This document shows positions 62,936-64,000 of a stretch of 64,000 nucleotides of DNA, piece after piece. The stretch comes from Gemmatimonadota bacterium (GTDB taxonomy: Bacteria; Gemmatimonadota; Gemmatimonadetes; Gemmatimonadales; GWC2-71-9). Made by a program: the position numbers and the translations under genes. The notes beneath the pieces are model-generated. The model was given only the letters and a program-made list of their open reading frames with translations, was not told the origin of the DNA and searched no databases. Positions within the stretch are counted from its first letter, which is position 1, and each line of letters begins with the position of its first letter. The stretch lies in contig JAZDCY010000098.1 in NCBI GenBank assembly GCA_036679645.1, positions 28,426-92,425 on the forward strand, read 5' to 3'.

Positions 62936-64000
62936 ATGCCGCTGACCGATCGCAACCGGCAAGAACTCTACGCGATTCTCGCGCTGCTCGCCGGGCTCTT
63001 TGTCGGTCTCACACTCCTCCCCGTGAATCTCACCGGTCCCGCCGGCCGGCTGCTGGGTCGCCTGCTGCTCACCGGGCTCGGCAGTGGCGCCGTCTTCATC
63101 CCGCTCTTCGGAATCGCCATTGGGCTGACCGGGTTCGGTTGGCTCGAGCGGCTCGACATGGGCCGGCTCGCCATCTTCTGCGGCGGGATGATCGTCCTCC
63201 TTCCGTACGCCATCGCGATGGCAACCGGGGTGACGACTAGCGCGGATTTTGAGCCCGCTTGGGCGCAATGGACCCTTGGGCAACAGTTGGTTGGCTTGCT
63301 TCCCGCGCTGATTACGGTCGGGATCTCCTCCGCGATCGGGACCGCCGGGGCGGTGATCGTCGGCGTACTCGGATTCTCGGGTGTCACGATTCTCACGTTC
63401 GATTGGCATCCGTTTGAGATGCTTAAGGAGTGGGCGGATGCTTGGGGCGAGAGACGGTCAGGTGCTCAGGGGCTCAGGGGCGCAGGTGCTCAGTCAGACA
63501 AGCCCTCAGATGCTCAGACGCTCAGACGCTCAGAGACAGACAGACGCTCAGACGCTCAGGCGCTCAGACGCTCAGAGACAGACAGACGCTCAGACGCTCA
63601 GGCGCTCAGACGCTCCCGGAAACGATCCGCGGCCGCCGATGAGCACGCGCTCGATCAACTTCCCGATCTCGACCTCCTGCAGGCGCCCAATCGGGAGGCC
63701 TTCGATGCCGGCGAGGAAGAGCTGGAGCATCTGGGTGAAGTGCTGATCGACACGCTCGGCACGTTTCGGGTGGAGGGTCGCATTGTCGGTCGTACGACCG
63801 GGCCGGTGGTGACGCAGTACGAGGTGGCACCGGCTCCGGGAGTGAAGGTGGGACGGATTGCGGCGCTGGCGGACGATCTCGCGCTCGCCATGCGGGCGCA
63901 GTCCATTCGCATAGTGGCGCCGATTCCCGGGAAAGCCGCTGTGGGTGTCGAGGTACCGAATCCCGTTGCCCGGATCGTCCAGTTACGGGAGTTGTTCGAG
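62936..64000 (+). CDS. ftsK: DNA translocase FtsK, 5' part (runs off window)
   Basis: Not in ORF track; manual translation is open from ATG 62936: TM region, linker, then LP..DLL, L..F.V.G....GPVVTQYE..PAPGVKV.RI..L.DDLALA, IRIVAPIPGK.AVGVEVPN. Confidence 0.93.
   Translation, partial: MPLTDRNRQELYAILALLAGLFVGLTLLPVNLTGPAGRLLGRLLLTGLGSGAVFIPLFGIAIGLTGFGWLERLDMGRLAIFCGGMIVLLPYAIAMATGVTTSADFEPAWAQWTLGQQLVGLLPALITVGISSAIGTAGAVIVGVLGFSGVTILTFDWHPFEMLKEWADAWGERRSGAQGLRGAGAQSDKPSDAQTLRRSETDRRSDAQALRRSETDRRSDAQALRRSRKRSAAADEHALDQLPDLDLLQAPNREAFDAGEEELEHLGEVLIDTLGTFRVEGRIVGRTTGPVVTQYEVAPAPGVKVGRIAALADDLALAMRAQSIRIVAPIPGKAAVGVEVPNPVARIVQLRELFE
63452..63615 (+). repeat. Octamer array (AGACGCTC family) inside ftsK
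   Basis: AGACGCTC/AGGTGCTC/AGGCGCTC units with a 42-nt higher-order duplication; frame preserved. Confidence 0.9.

Noticed and set aside
1..64000. tRNA, rRNA, SRP, 6S or tmRNA genes
   Set aside because: No cloverleaf/T-loop or other diagnostic motif recognised in the intergenic gaps; a covariance-model scan would be needed to exclude them

Overview
High-GC bacterial chromosomal segment, almost all on the + strand; gene order and protein features suggest Gemmatimonadota (inference). It opens with the right part of an IS1-family element next to a higBA toxin-antitoxin pair. Then come rpmJ-rpsM-rpsK-rpsD-rpoA-rplQ and rpmB; a nucleotide-sugar block (gmd, rmd-like, wbpD/E/B/A-like, ugd, broken uxs) interleaved with carB and murB; bamD-nadD-secA-radC-rel-uvrB-tsaE-tsaB-ssb; a LysM/TsaP-like gene; a full tol-pal operon; hutH/U/I; TPR proteins; tatA; a PpiD/SurA-like chaperone; aroQ-pepP-efp-accB-pilT-accC; comB; and the 5' part of ftsK. 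No rRNA, tRNA or CRISPR array was seen. Most notable: (1) a single 1186-aa ORF fusing TatC to an LptD-like barrel through an internal signal-peptide-like segment, a candidate polyprotein; (2) five dispersed 7- or 8-nt periodic arrays, three built as inverted arms around a short core, with one family also found in frame in the FtsK linker; (3) a 48-bp tandem amplification of one arm of a ~115-nt hairpin element; (4) T4P/polarity-like genes (SgmX-like TPR, TsaP-like, pilT between accB and accC); (5) probable CTG starts, three apparent internal deletions, and a recurring 25-bp TAA-N19-TTA site. All annotations come from reading the sequence; no database searches were run.
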